Shown here one piece after another: positions 38,094-49,057 of a DNA stretch of 64,000 nt; position 1 is the stretch's first letter; the number at the start of each line of letters is the position of its first letter. The DNA is taken from contig OY764216.1 of assembly GCA_963668315.1 (NCBI GenBank), positions 160,001 to 224,000 of the forward strand. Reading direction: 5' to 3'. A program made the translations under genes and the position numbers. Origin of the DNA: Spirochaetia bacterium (lineage in GTDB: Bacteria > Spirochaetota > Spirochaetia > DSM-2461). Below the pieces are notes generated by a model that had not been told where the DNA came from, searched no databases, and saw only the letters and a list, made by a program, of their open reading frames with translations.

Positions 38094-40538
38094 ATGAAAA
38101 ATACACTACTGTTCTTATTGTCAATCACCCTTATATTGACAGGATGTCCCGGACCTAGCGATACCTCATCGCCAGTCATTACTCCCGATCCCCAGGACCC
38201 GGCGAAAACGGGAAACAGCATAACTCTGTTCGAATTCAGACAGACGGACAATTCCTTCCTGGCCGAGGACTACTCCTGTCTTATCGACGATTCGGCCCAC
38301 ACCGTGACCTGTGAGCTGCCCGAGAGCTACTCGGACCACCTGAACTCCCTTATCCCCTATATCGAAATAAGCGACGGAGCCACCATCTCCCCCGCTTCGG
38401 GAACGGCGGCGGACTTTACTTCCTCCCTGGTCTTTACGGTCACTGCCGAAGACGGCACCGCTCAGACCTATACGACTACAGTCACGACCTACAGCGAAGC
38501 GGATCGACAGGACAGCAGCCTGTCCAATATTATTATGTACAAGGAAGGCGGTTTCGACCTGGATATGGACTTCAACACCTCAACCACGATCTACGAAGTC
38601 AACACCACCTCTTCTGTGGAATCGGTTCGTTTTAAATGCACAACAACATCATCCCTGGCCACCGTTAAAGCCTGGAAAGAGGGAGAATCCCCGGAAACCC
38701 CCAATTCCTACGGCTACACCTCTTACTTGAATCTGGACGACGGCCTGAATACCTTCAATATAGAAGTGACATCCTATGACCAGTCGTCCACGACTACCTA
38801 TGTAATAAAAGTAACCAAGGGAGACGATCTAACTGTTTCTGTCGGGGAAGGCTGGACCACGGGACTTCTCACTGACGACGAGGAGCTCACGGAAAACGGT
38901 TTTCTCTGGTACTCCTTTCCCGCCGAAGTGGGCCACTACTATCAGATTGCCGTCGACGGAGACAACGAATCGACCTATTCCGATTGCTGGACTCCGGATA
39001 ACGGCGGCTGGGAAGACTCTTCCGGAAATGGCCCCACCGCCCATCCTTACTATAATGTCTACCGGGAAGACGGGACGACCCTTTACGAGACCCCCGAACA
39101 GGATGAGACGACCATACCCATAGATAGCACAGTTTATTCAGAGTACATGAGCGGAGATTACAAATATTACGTAACCATACAAGCCCTGGATGAAAATGTT
39201 AAGATAAAGATTACTCAGCATGAATCTTCCAATGTCACATATGCCCACACATTCGCCATCCAGGTCAGGGAGCGAACAGACTTCCCCGAACCGATTGAAG
39301 TGAGCGAAGGCGCGTGGTTTGAAACGTCCGTACCGGAAGTGACCGATCTCTGGACCTACTACGATGTGCCAACCTACCACCTCACCATGACGGAGGGTGT
39401 CCGCTACCGCGTCGGCATCGATGACGGGACGAACACCTGGGACGACGACGGCGGCTGGAACACGGCGGGCGTCGGAGTGTCTACAACCCCCACTGCCAGC
39501 CAGGTTAAAATGCAGCTTCTCACGCCCGCAGGAGACAACTACGACTACGAAGAGGGCGATTCCGGATGGGTTGATACGGACAGAAGCGGCACCAGTGAAA
39601 GACGTTTCGCCACCATAACAGCCCTCGATTCGGACGTGTACATGGAGGTCGATCCCAGTTCCTCGGGGACTTTCGCCATTCAGTACAGGCCGGTCGTACT
39701 CTCGGTGACAGCCATCGCCACTTCAACGGAGTGGCTCGATGTGGTTCAGACTGAAACACCAGGCTACTGGGGACAGGAGTGGCATTTTTCCTTTCCCGTC
39801 GAGGCAGGTAAAACCTACCGTATGGCCGTGGACGACCGGGGCGACGATGACGATGTCAACTGGACGGTTGATAAGGGTGGTTCGGCCAATACGGAGGAGA
39901 CCTACCTGGTATACCGCATCCTGAAAAGCGACGGAACCAGTGCTGAGTTCAAAGAGGACTGGAGAGAGGCCTATTATGACGGGAACTGGTACAGAGCGGA
40001 TGAGAGCGATACTATCCCTCCCAGCGATGATCAGAGGCGTTATCTAACCTTCACAGCAGAGGAGACCTCGGTTATGACCATGGAAGTTAAAAATGTCCTC
40101 TATTATGTTTCGGGAACATTCGCCGTGCAACTGAGGGAACTTCCTGAGCCAACAGAAATACCAGTTGACAACGACTGGCACGGACAGACCTTTGCCCAGG
40201 AAGGTGATCCCTGGGATATGGGAAATTACTCAGCCTTCAGCTTTCCATCCACTGCGGGAACGACCTATTACATTTCGGTCGACGGAGCTGCCGGCGGATG
40301 GACTCCGTCCAACGGGGGCATGTCCACTGTGCCTACGGCATATGTATATTATGTGGATGCACCGGGCCCCTATTATACGACTAGAGAAAACTTCAATTCC
40401 AGCAACGATTATTATCTCACAATTGAAGCGGATTCAGATAGGGAAGCTATTTACTTCTGGACCTGGGATTCTACGGGTAATACGGGCCTCACCTATGGAA
40501 TAAGAATAAGCACCACGGAGCCTATTATAGAAGAATAA
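38094..40538 (+). CDS. Large acidic surface lipoprotein (Ig/cadherin-like domains plus four repeated beta-sandwich modules)
   Basis: LTGC lipobox; GATISPASG...FTVTAEDGTAQTY and LNLDDGLNTFNIEVTS...TTTYVIKVT Ig-like signatures; four C-terminal repeats. Confidence 0.85.
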   Translation: MKNTLLFLLSITLILTGCPGPSDTSSPVITPDPQDPAKTGNSITLFEFRQTDNSFLAEDYSCLIDDSAHTVTCELPESYSDHLNSLIPYIEISDGATISPASGTAADFTSSLVFTVTAEDGTAQTYTTTVTTYSEADRQDSSLSNIIMYKEGGFDLDMDFNTSTTIYEVNTTSSVESVRFKCTTTSSLATVKAWKEGESPETPNSYGYTSYLNLDDGLNTFNIEVTSYDQSSTTTYVIKVTKGDDLTVSVGEGWTTGLLTDDEELTENGFLWYSFPAEVGHYYQIAVDGDNESTYSDCWTPDNGGWEDSSGNGPTAHPYYNVYREDGTTLYETPEQDETTIPIDSTVYSEYMSGDYKYYVTIQALDENVKIKITQHESSNVTYAHTFAIQVRERTDFPEPIEVSEGAWFETSVPEVTDLWTYYDVPTYHLTMTEGVRYRVGIDDGTNTWDDDGGWNTAGVGVSTTPTASQVKMQLLTPAGDNYDYEEGDSGWVDTDRSGTSERRFATITALDSDVYMEVDPSSSGTFAIQYRPVVLSVTAIATSTEWLDVVQTETPGYWGQEWHFSFPVEAGKTYRMAVDDRGDDDDVNWTVDKGGSANTEETYLVYRILKSDGTSAEFKEDWREAYYDGNWYRADESDTIPPSDDQRRYLTFTAEETSVMTMEVKNVLYYVSGTFAVQLRELPEPTEIPVDNDWHGQTFAQEGDPWDMGNYSAFSFPSTAGTTYYISVDGAAGGWTPSNGGMSTVPTAYVYYVDAPGPYYTTRENFNSSNDYYLTIEADSDREAIYFWTWDSTGNTGLTYGIRISTTEPIIEE

Positions 40539-40560
40539 TAAGCACCCGCGGCGGGGAGAC

Positions 40561-43500
40561 CTAAGCGAGTTCCCTCACCGACTCGTTCTCCCCGTCCAGA
40601 GCCTCCCGGACAGCGGCGGCCAGATCGGCCGTGCCTATCGGCTTGCGGATAAGCCCGTCAAGGCCCAGCTCCTCCGCCTTGTCCTCGTCCATCCTTTCAT
40701 TATAGCCGGTACAGATAATGACGGGGATCTCAGGCCTGATACTTTTAAGTTTTCCGGCCAGCTCAACTCCGGTCAATCCGGGCATAGCCATATCGGCGAT
40801 AACCAGATCTACTCCGTGGGGATCTTTCCGGTAAGCCTCCAGGGCCTCATTACTGCTGAGGCAGGAAGTAACCCGATAACCCAGCCGCGTCAGGATCAGT
40901 TCTTCCAGCTTCAGAACGGCACTGTCATCGTCCACAATCAGGAGCCGTTCAGATCCCAGAAGAAGGGGTTCTGAGGATTTCTCGGCGGGAAGAGTCTCTT
41001 CCTCCATAATGGAGAGATATATGTGAAAGGCTGTCCCCCGGCCCTCATCGCTCTCCACGAAGATTTCTCCGTGATGCTCTTTAATAATACCGTAGACCAC
41101 AGCCAGGCCCAGCCCCGTGCCCTTACCCAGCGGCTTTGTCGTAAAGTAGGGCTCAAAGATCTTTCCTATCACGTCCCGGGGGATCCCTTCTCCGTCATCG
41201 GAGATACACAGATGGGCATAGCGCCCCGGCGTCATGGATGGTTCGGGTAGCTCAGCCCCCTCAAGAGTCCTCTCTTCCAGAAGGATGCGGATCTCTCCCC
41301 CCGCCGCTTCCACCGCATGGGAAGCGTTGGTGATAATATTCAGGACGACCTGATGGAACTGATTCGGATCAATCCTGACCGGACCGCACAGGGGATCTAT
41401 CGTCTGAACGATATCAACACCGGCGGGAACCGTCGCCTGGATCAGCTTACCTACCTCTTCTATGACCTGCTGCAGCCGTACGGTTTCCGCCTGATGCACA
41501 CTTTTTCGGCTGAACGCCAGGATCTGCTGAACGAGATGGGCCGCCCTCTTTCCCGCCTTCAAGATTTCCCGGACCATGCAATAACCGTCGCTTCCGGGCA
41601 GAAGATCTTCCATCAGAAGTTCCGCCATCCCCGTGACAGGGGTCAGAATATTATTGAAATCGTGGGCGATTCCTCCCGCCAGGCTGCCTATGGCTTCCAG
41701 TTTCTGGGACTCCTCCATCCTTTCGGCCATGCGCTTTTTCTCCGTGACATCGGTGCCTATCGCCACAAGAGAAAAGGGGATTCCCCGGTCATCCCGTACC
41801 AGCCTGGTACGACAGGCAAGGGTTATTTCCTCACCCTTGCCGGAATGGCTGACGACTTCCCCCTCCCACTGGCCCATTTCCAGAACCTGGGACAGGATCT
41901 CCCTCTGGGAAGCTCCCCCTATCTGGGCCTCTCCGTAGATATCAACAGATCGTCCGACCAGTTCCTCCCGCCTGTAATCCAGGGTCCGGCATTCCGTCTC
42001 ATTCACATAGGTGATATTTCCCTCAAGGTCGGTTGCAACGATATGATCCTGTATCTGATCCAGAAGCAGAGCCTGGAATTTCAGGTCCATCTCCTGCTTT
42101 TTCCTTGTGGTAATATCCTTGATAAAACTGACGAACTCCTTTTCGTTTCTCCTTAACTGGATGATGACTTCAAGATCCACAGGGGAACCGTCTTTCTTCC
42201 GCTGAACCGTTTCGAACTGAACATGCCCTGTCTCCAGCAGCTTCCGCAGCCGTTCCGTTTCCTCTCCAGGGGTATCTTCCCTTTCAATATCCTCTATTCC
42301 CATGGTCAGAAGTTCTTCCTCTCCGTATCCCACCATGCGGCAATAGGCCTGGTTGACTTCAAGGATCCGCCCATTAATATCCATACGGACAAAACCGTCC
42401 AGAGAAGTCTGGATAATAGACCGGTACCGGTCTTCCAGCTCTTTCTTTTCCGTTATATCCTCACCGGAGCAGAGAAGTCTTGTGATATCCCCCTGGTTGT
42501 TCGTGATGTACGTATTGTACCAGACGATGTTTCTGATATTTCCGGTACGGGTTTGTATCCGGTTTTCGAAGGATTCGGGGAGCTCTATCTCCCTCCGGAT
42601 AAAGCGGGAAAAGACTGATCTCACCTCCTCCCTGCAGTCATCGGGAAGAAATTCGCCGAACCAGTCTCTCCCCATCAGATTCTCCCTGCTCCATTCCAGA
42701 ACTCTGCAGGCATAGTCGTTGACCAGAGTAATTTTACCGGAGGGATCCATTCCGATAAAAACGACCTCGGACATGTTAAGATATCGGTCGGCCAGCTTCT
42801 TCTGCTTCAGAATCTCCTCTTCCGCTTCCTTCCGCCTGTCTATGTCCCCATGAGTCCCCACCAGACGGGACGCCCGGCCTTCGCTGTCCCACTCTACGGC
42901 TTTCCCCCTGGTTAAAACCCATTTCCAGTGACCTTCCTCAGTTTTTACCCGGAACTCCGTCTCGAAGGGTTCACCCGATTTCATACTCTCCGAAATGATT
43001 CCATAGGTTTTATCCAGATCTTCGGGATGAACCAGCTCAAGGCAGGAAGCCAGATTCAGAGGAATTTCCTTAACTTCATACCCCAGCATGGTGTAGCATT
43101 TGGAGCTCAGAAACAGTTCGTCCTTGCCGGGCTGCCACTCCCAGATCCCGTCTGAGACGGCTTCCACAGCCCGGGAATAGCGGGTTTCGCTTCTCTTCAG
43201 CGCCTGCCTTATGAGGTACGGTTCGGTGATATCATGCTGAATTCCCACGACATGACTGGCTTTCCCCTTTTTATCATACTTGACGATCGCCCGGGCATGA
43301 TGCAGCCTTTCCGAGCCGTCGGGGAGGATGACCCGGTAGGTCTGATCATAGGTCCCCCCTTCCCGGACAAGATCCTTCATAGCCCTGTCCACCGGCTCCC
43401 TTTCATCGGGATGAATAAAACGGAGGAATTCTTCATGGGGAAATCCCGAAGTTCTGTAGGGCAGGCCGAAAAGGGAAAAGTACTCCTCGGAGCACTGGGA

Positions 43501-44010
43501 CGTATTCTCCGCAATATTCCAGCTCCAGCTCCCCAGGCTGGCGATTCGCTGTGCTTCCAGCAAATGGTTCCGGCTTATCCGGGCTTCCTCCAAAGTATAT
43601 TCCAGCTGGTCACGGGTCATTCTGTTATCCTGCTCCAGAGAACGGAGATCAGTGATATCATCCAAAATGACGATTGCCCCCGTAAAAGCCTCTCCTCCTT
43701 CAAGGGGGCTGACCGAGGATCTCACTCTTCTTCTCTCCCCCTTCCGGGTCAGGATTTCCCACTCTCCGTGCCGGTCAGAAGAATTCTCCTGAAAAAACCG
43801 GTCGACAGGACAGTCTCTGCAGCATCGCTGTCCTTCATCGCCGAATACTTCATAACACTTCCTGCCGGAGATCTCATCCCTCTTCCATCCGGTCAGTTTT
43901 TCCGACGCCCGGTTGACATAGAGAAGGTTCTTGTCCATATCACGGATATAAACCGATTCGTTCATACTCTCAAGAATGGCTTGGTGAAAATCGGGAGATT
44001 TCAATATCAC
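40561..44010 (-). CDS. Cytoplasmic multi-PAS hybrid histidine kinase (about six PAS domains, HisKA, HATPase, REC)
   Basis: Repeated PAS/PAC motifs (IHPDE, VHPED, DIT), LAGGIAHDFNN, GTGLGL, DMAMPG. Confidence 0.92.
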   Translation of the reverse strand: MILKSPDFHQAILESMNESVYIRDMDKNLLYVNRASEKLTGWKRDEISGRKCYEVFGDEGQRCCRDCPVDRFFQENSSDRHGEWEILTRKGERRRVRSSVSPLEGGEAFTGAIVILDDITDLRSLEQDNRMTRDQLEYTLEEARISRNHLLEAQRIASLGSWSWNIAENTSQCSEEYFSLFGLPYRTSGFPHEEFLRFIHPDEREPVDRAMKDLVREGGTYDQTYRVILPDGSERLHHARAIVKYDKKGKASHVVGIQHDITEPYLIRQALKRSETRYSRAVEAVSDGIWEWQPGKDELFLSSKCYTMLGYEVKEIPLNLASCLELVHPEDLDKTYGIISESMKSGEPFETEFRVKTEEGHWKWVLTRGKAVEWDSEGRASRLVGTHGDIDRRKEAEEEILKQKKLADRYLNMSEVVFIGMDPSGKITLVNDYACRVLEWSRENLMGRDWFGEFLPDDCREEVRSVFSRFIRREIELPESFENRIQTRTGNIRNIVWYNTYITNNQGDITRLLCSGEDITEKKELEDRYRSIIQTSLDGFVRMDINGRILEVNQAYCRMVGYGEEELLTMGIEDIEREDTPGEETERLRKLLETGHVQFETVQRKKDGSPVDLEVIIQLRRNEKEFVSFIKDITTRKKQEMDLKFQALLLDQIQDHIVATDLEGNITYVNETECRTLDYRREELVGRSVDIYGEAQIGGASQREILSQVLEMGQWEGEVVSHSGKGEEITLACRTRLVRDDRGIPFSLVAIGTDVTEKKRMAERMEESQKLEAIGSLAGGIAHDFNNILTPVTGMAELLMEDLLPGSDGYCMVREILKAGKRAAHLVQQILAFSRKSVHQAETVRLQQVIEEVGKLIQATVPAGVDIVQTIDPLCGPVRIDPNQFHQVVLNIITNASHAVEAAGGEIRILLEERTLEGAELPEPSMTPGRYAHLCISDDGEGIPRDVIGKIFEPYFTTKPLGKGTGLGLAVVYGIIKEHHGEIFVESDEGRGTAFHIYLSIMEEETLPAEKSSEPLLLGSERLLIVDDDSAVLKLEELILTRLGYRVTSCLSSNEALEAYRKDPHGVDLVIADMAMPGLTGVELAGKLKSIRPEIPVIICTGYNERMDEDKAEELGLDGLIRKPIGTADLAAAVREALDGENESVRELA

Positions 44011-44111
44011 AGGCAGTCCTCTTTACCGGGGAGAAACCGATATCAAATGTTAATTATTCTTAATCTTAGTTGATTACACACCCTGTGTCAAATAAAAAGC
44101 TGATGCTTTGC

Positions 44112-46487
44112 TTACTCAATAACCGGCAGATAAATACGGAATGTAGCTCCCCTTCCCACTTCACTCTCCACGGCGATCTCTCCCTTATGTTCCTTGACAA
44201 TTCCGTAAACCACAGCCAGCCCCAGACCGGTGCCCTTTCCCAGTTCCTTCGTGGTGAAATAGGGCTCGAAAATCCTTTCGCTCACCTCACGGGAGATACC
44301 GCAGCCCTCGTCGGATATGGAAAGGACCGCATACCTCCCTTCCGGCAGGGAAGCCAGCTTCCCCTTATCCTCACCCAGACGTTCCTCACCCAGAAAAATG
44401 CGGATTTCCCCTTTTCTCCGTTCCATGGCATGGCCCGCATTGGTCAGGATGTTAAGAATGACCTGATGCAGCTGGGTAGGATCGGCCTTGACCAGACCGC
44501 AGGGTCGGTCTATATCCATCACGATCTTGACTCCAGCGGGAACGGCCGCCTTGAAAAGGCCATGGGTTTCCCGGATAATCGGCGCCAGCGCCACATCGGA
44601 GTAACGGCGGGGGCTTCTCCTGCTGAAGGCGAGAATCTGCCTGACCAGATCGGCCCCCCTCTCGCTTGCCTCGAAGATATCCCGTACTTTCCCGTAAGAG
44701 ACGTGCTCCCGGGGAATTTCCTGCATGATCAGTTCGGACAATCCCATTACCGGAGTCAGGATATTGTTGAAATCGTGGGCGATTCCCCCGGCCAGACTGC
44801 CAATGGACTCCAGCTTCTGGGATTGTCTCAGCTGGTCGGCGATACGTCTTTTTTCCGTTATATCCTCTCCCGCACTCAGAATACTCACGGGACGGCCTTC
44901 CCCGTCGGTAATCAGACTGTTGTGCCAGGCCACGATAATCTCCCGTCCCGAAGCGGTTCGGATAGAGTTCTCATGATACTCCATAGGAGCCGTCATCTCA
45001 CCCCGAGCCACCATTCGAAGCAGCTTTCTCACGCTCTCCTGCTGGGAACAGGGAATGAAAGAGTCCACCCAGTCCCGGCCGATAATCATGCACTCCTCCG
45101 GGCATTCCAGAACCCGCCGGGCATAGCGGTTCGCCAGGAGGACCTTCCCTTCAAGGTCAACCCCGATAAAAATGACATTCGCCATATTCAGGTACTTCTC
45201 GGCTGTTCGCTTCTGGTTAAGGATCTCCGCTTCATACTCCTTGCGCCTGTCCAGATCCATATGGGTCCCCAGCATACGGAGAGCCCGCCCCCGGTCATCC
45301 TTTCCCACGGTTCGGCCCCGGGCCAGAATCCATTTCCACATTCCCGCCTTCGTGCGCAGCCTGTACTCTATTTCAAAGGAGCTCCCCGATTCCCGGCTTT
45401 CCCCGACGGCTTTGAGAAAATCGTCCCTGTCCTCGGGATGGATGAGATCCCTCCAGAAAGCCATATCGGGGTCCATCGTCTCCGGGCCGTAACCCAGCAT
45501 GGAAAACCATTTACCGCTGAGATAGAGCTTATCATCGGAGATCTGCCAGTCCCAGACACCGTCGGAAACGGCATCCAGGGCCAGGGACAAGCGCTCCCGG
45601 CTCTCCACCAGAGCCCTTTCGGTCAGATAAAGATCGGTAATATCATGAACAATTCCGACATTGATGTCCGGAAGTCCCCCCTCCCCTCTTTTCACCTCGG
45701 CCCGGGCGTTATGAACCCTCTCCGAGCCGTCGTGAAGAATCACCCGGTAGGTTTCGTGAAAAACGGAGTGTTCCCTTACCGATTTATCCATGGCTAAATG
45801 GATTCTCTCCCGGTCTTCGGGATGCATGATATTATAAATATAGTTCCTTGAGAGCCCCTCCGGACTATAGGGCAGATGAAAAAGCTGGAAATATCCCTTG
45901 GAACCGTAGAAGATATCGTCGCCCACCACCCGGCGCCAGCTTCCGACCCGGCCGATCTCCTGAGCTTCCTCCAGCTCCCTCTGCTTGGCGGCCAGCTCCC
46001 TCTCCATCTTCTTGCGCTCGCTGATATCCACATGGGTCCCCACGAGCCGGACGGCCCTTCCTGAATCATCGAAAAGGACATTGGCCCGTGAAAGAATATC
46101 CACCCAATGGCCCATTTTGTGGCGCATCCGGAATTCCACCTCTAAACGGTCACGCGTTCCGGTCAAAACCTCGTTCAGGAATTTCTTGACAAGAACAAGA
46201 TCCCCCGATTCCGTCAGCCTCTCCCATTGGCTTATTTCATTCTCGATTTCATCATCCTCGTATCCGATAAGCCTTTTCCAGGCGGGAGAATAGTAGATCT
46301 CTTCAGTCAGAAGGTTCCAGTCATAAAGACCGTCCCGGGTAAAATCCAGGGCCAGCTGAAGTCTTTCGGCGTTTTTTGCCATGTCGTGGGTCGGTGTTTC
46401 TTTGCGTTCCATAGAATATAAGGCCTTGCTCCCCCGGGAAGGAGATGGATCTATTGGAATTATAACCCCTCTTTGCCCATGTATCAA
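44112..46487 (-). CDS. Cytoplasmic multi-PAS histidine kinase without receiver domain (start uncertain)
   Basis: Four PAS/PAC units, LAGGIAHDFNN, GTGLGL; paralog of the downstream kinase. Confidence 0.9.
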   Translation of the reverse strand: MIHGQRGVIIPIDPSPSRGSKALYSMERKETPTHDMAKNAERLQLALDFTRDGLYDWNLLTEEIYYSPAWKRLIGYEDDEIENEISQWERLTESGDLVLVKKFLNEVLTGTRDRLEVEFRMRHKMGHWVDILSRANVLFDDSGRAVRLVGTHVDISERKKMERELAAKQRELEEAQEIGRVGSWRRVVGDDIFYGSKGYFQLFHLPYSPEGLSRNYIYNIMHPEDRERIHLAMDKSVREHSVFHETYRVILHDGSERVHNARAEVKRGEGGLPDINVGIVHDITDLYLTERALVESRERLSLALDAVSDGVWDWQISDDKLYLSGKWFSMLGYGPETMDPDMAFWRDLIHPEDRDDFLKAVGESRESGSSFEIEYRLRTKAGMWKWILARGRTVGKDDRGRALRMLGTHMDLDRRKEYEAEILNQKRTAEKYLNMANVIFIGVDLEGKVLLANRYARRVLECPEECMIIGRDWVDSFIPCSQQESVRKLLRMVARGEMTAPMEYHENSIRTASGREIIVAWHNSLITDGEGRPVSILSAGEDITEKRRIADQLRQSQKLESIGSLAGGIAHDFNNILTPVMGLSELIMQEIPREHVSYGKVRDIFEASERGADLVRQILAFSRRSPRRYSDVALAPIIRETHGLFKAAVPAGVKIVMDIDRPCGLVKADPTQLHQVILNILTNAGHAMERRKGEIRIFLGEERLGEDKGKLASLPEGRYAVLSISDEGCGISREVSERIFEPYFTTKELGKGTGLGLAVVYGIVKEHKGEIAVESEVGRGATFRIYLPVIE

Positions 46488-46592
46488 CTTCCATTCTTAT
46501 CGATTTTCCCTTCCCCCATGGAAGAAAGGTCGTACGGCCGTACACGTCAAAAGAAATTTGACAATATATATTTCTCCGAATATAACTGAATT

Positions 46593-47822
46593 ATGGACAG
46601 GGATAAAAGAAATATGGCGGCCTTTCTCTGGCACGCCGTTCTTCTCGCGGTAACAGTGACCTTTACCGATATCAATACGGTTTTCCCGGCGATGATTCTG
46701 GGAATGGGGGGCAGCAAATTCCATGTGGGAATCCTCACGGGCATCATGGTGGGAGTTCCCCTGGCCGGCCAGCTCCTCTTTGCCGGATTTCTCCATACCC
46801 GGCCCCGTAAAAAGCCCTATCTGCTCATCGGAATCTACCTGCGGGTTCTCTCCCTGTCTCTCCTGGCCCTTTTCCTCCTGAGGAGCGGATCGTGGGCCCT
46901 GGAACCGCTCCTGGGGGGAATCTATCTTACCCTCCTCCTTTTTACCCTGGGAGGGGCTTTTGCCGGAATAAGCTATATGGACCTGGTGGGAAAATCCTTT
47001 CCCGGAGAAAAGCGGAAGCTCTTTGTTCTGCGCCGCCAGACGGTCATGTCCTCGGGCATGCTCGTTTCCGCCCTTCTGACCCGCCTGATCATGGGACGGC
47101 TGGAACAGAGCTATCCCCTCCTCTTCGGGCTTTCCGCCGCGGCTCTCCTTCTGGCCAGTATAGGATTTCTGAATATCAGCGAAATGACCCACCCGGCCCG
47201 CAGACAGAATCTATCGGCGGGGGAGATAATCCGCCTGATACCCTCTTATCTTAAGTCCGATCCCACCCTGGCCCGCTACATTGCCGCTTCGAATCTTCTG
47301 GGGCTGGGAACGGTGCTCCTGCCCTTCTATATGGCACTGGCCAGGGATACCTACAGGCTGGACAACACCATGGTGGGCAATCTGATCCTCATACAGTTCG
47401 CCGGGATGATCCTGAGCAATATCCTGTGGCGCCGTATTGTCTCCCGTAAGAGCTTTAAGGGGATGCTGAAAGTCTGGAGCCTTTTGGGCTTTATCATGCC
47501 CCCCGTCGCCCTGGCAGCCTCCCGTTTCCTGCCCCTGGGAGGGTTCGTTCCGGTTTTTCTTTTTACCGGATTCTACCTGGGCGCCCAGAAAGTAACTTCC
47601 GACGCGGTTCTCATGGAAATCAGCAATGAGGAAAACCGGGCTCTCTACACGGGGATTTTCGGAACCTTTAACATAAGTCTGGCCCTGTTCCCCATCATTA
47701 TCGGCTCTCTCATCGGATTCACCGGGTTCGCCCCTCTTTTCCTGCTCACATCTCTGGCCGCCGGAGCCTCATCCTTTTTCATCGGAAAAATGATCTGCCC
47801 CGTAGATAAAATACAAATGTAG
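46593..47822 (+). CDS. MFS transporter
   Basis: About 12 hydrophobic segments; preceded by TTGACA-17 bp-TATAAC. Confidence 0.85.
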   Translation: MDRDKRNMAAFLWHAVLLAVTVTFTDINTVFPAMILGMGGSKFHVGILTGIMVGVPLAGQLLFAGFLHTRPRKKPYLLIGIYLRVLSLSLLALFLLRSGSWALEPLLGGIYLTLLLFTLGGAFAGISYMDLVGKSFPGEKRKLFVLRRQTVMSSGMLVSALLTRLIMGRLEQSYPLLFGLSAAALLLASIGFLNISEMTHPARRQNLSAGEIIRLIPSYLKSDPTLARYIAASNLLGLGTVLLPFYMALARDTYRLDNTMVGNLILIQFAGMILSNILWRRIVSRKSFKGMLKVWSLLGFIMPPVALAASRFLPLGGFVPVFLFTGFYLGAQKVTSDAVLMEISNEENRALYTGIFGTFNISLALFPIIIGSLIGFTGFAPLFLLTSLAAGASSFFIGKMICPVDKIQM

Positions 47823-47911
47823 AACCGCTTTGAAAGCGGCTCTGTAATCTTTATGGGTTGATCTTCTTTCCAAAACGTTCCATCATCCAGGAAAAAGCCA
47901 GGAGAATTACC

Positions 47912-49057
47912 ATGTCTGACCGCCGATACTGGATTGATACGCTCGTGAAAACAGCAACCCCTGTTTTCTCCGCCCTTGCCCGTGACGAACTGCGCCGAAC
48001 CATGCCCGTGGAAACAACGGGAGATCCCGGACAAAGAGCCCTCTATACCCACCTGGAGGCGGTAGGCCGCTGCCTGACCGGCATTGGTCCCTGGCTTGAA
48101 CTGACAGGGACCGGGGAGGTTGAGAAGAAACAGCAGGAAACCCTCGCCGAGCTGGTGAGAAAGGGTCTTGCCACAGGAGTGGACCCGGACAAGGCCGATT
48201 ACCTGAACTTCAGCCGGGGAGACCAGCCGGTGGTGGACGCGGCCTTCCTGGCCCAGGGCCTGCTCCGTTCCTGGAACTCCGTCTGGCTCAAGCTGGACGC
48301 TCAGACACAGGCCGGAACCATATCTCTCCTTGAATCAAGCCGGAAAATCAAACCCTATTACAGCAACTGGCTGCTCTTTTCCGCCATGATCGAAACCTTT
48401 CTCTGCAGGGCGGGACAGGAGTGGGACCGAATGCGGATCGACTACGCCCTGAAACAGCATGAGCAGTGGTACAAGGGGGACGGCCACTACGGGGACGGTC
48501 CGGAATTTCACTGGGACTACTACAACAGCTTCGTGATTCAGCCCATGATATACGATATTCTTCATTCGGAGCCGTCGATCGGGAAAGAATGGAAGGAGAT
48601 GGTTGAACCGTCCCGCGAAAGGCTCTCCCGATACGCCGGAATCCAGGAAAGGCTTATCTCCCCCGAAGGAACTTTCCCCCCCATAGGCCGCTCCCTGACC
48701 TACCGGTACGGAGCGTTTCATGCTCTTTCCATGGCGGCGGCAAAGGAGATTCTTCCCGAAGGCGTCTCGCCGGCTTCCGTCCGCTGTGCCCTCACAAAGG
48801 TCATCCGGAGGCAGATGGAAGCTCCCGGAACCTTCGACGCCGATGGCTGGCTGACCGTCGGATATGCCGGGCATCAGCCCTCCCTGGGAGAACCCTACAT
48901 TTCCACCGGAAGCCTTTACCTCTGTCTCGCCGGAATGCAGTGCCTCGGCCTGCCCGAGAGCCATGAGTTCTGGGCGGCACCGGATGAACCGTGGACCGCG
49001 GTGAAAATATGGGGAGGAGAAGACGCCCCCTGCGACCATGCCCTGGGCAAGAATTAG
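47912..49057 (+). CDS. DUF2264 family protein
   Basis: HLEAVGR, QPVVDAAFLA, NWLLFSAMIE, DYYNSFVIQP, GRSLTYR and YISTGSLY motifs; SD AGGAG before MSDRR. Confidence 0.85.
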   Translation: MSDRRYWIDTLVKTATPVFSALARDELRRTMPVETTGDPGQRALYTHLEAVGRCLTGIGPWLELTGTGEVEKKQQETLAELVRKGLATGVDPDKADYLNFSRGDQPVVDAAFLAQGLLRSWNSVWLKLDAQTQAGTISLLESSRKIKPYYSNWLLFSAMIETFLCRAGQEWDRMRIDYALKQHEQWYKGDGHYGDGPEFHWDYYNSFVIQPMIYDILHSEPSIGKEWKEMVEPSRERLSRYAGIQERLISPEGTFPPIGRSLTYRYGAFHALSMAAAKEILPEGVSPASVRCALTKVIRRQMEAPGTFDADGWLTVGYAGHQPSLGEPYISTGSLYLCLAGMQCLGLPESHEFWAAPDEPWTAVKIWGGEDAPCDHALGKN

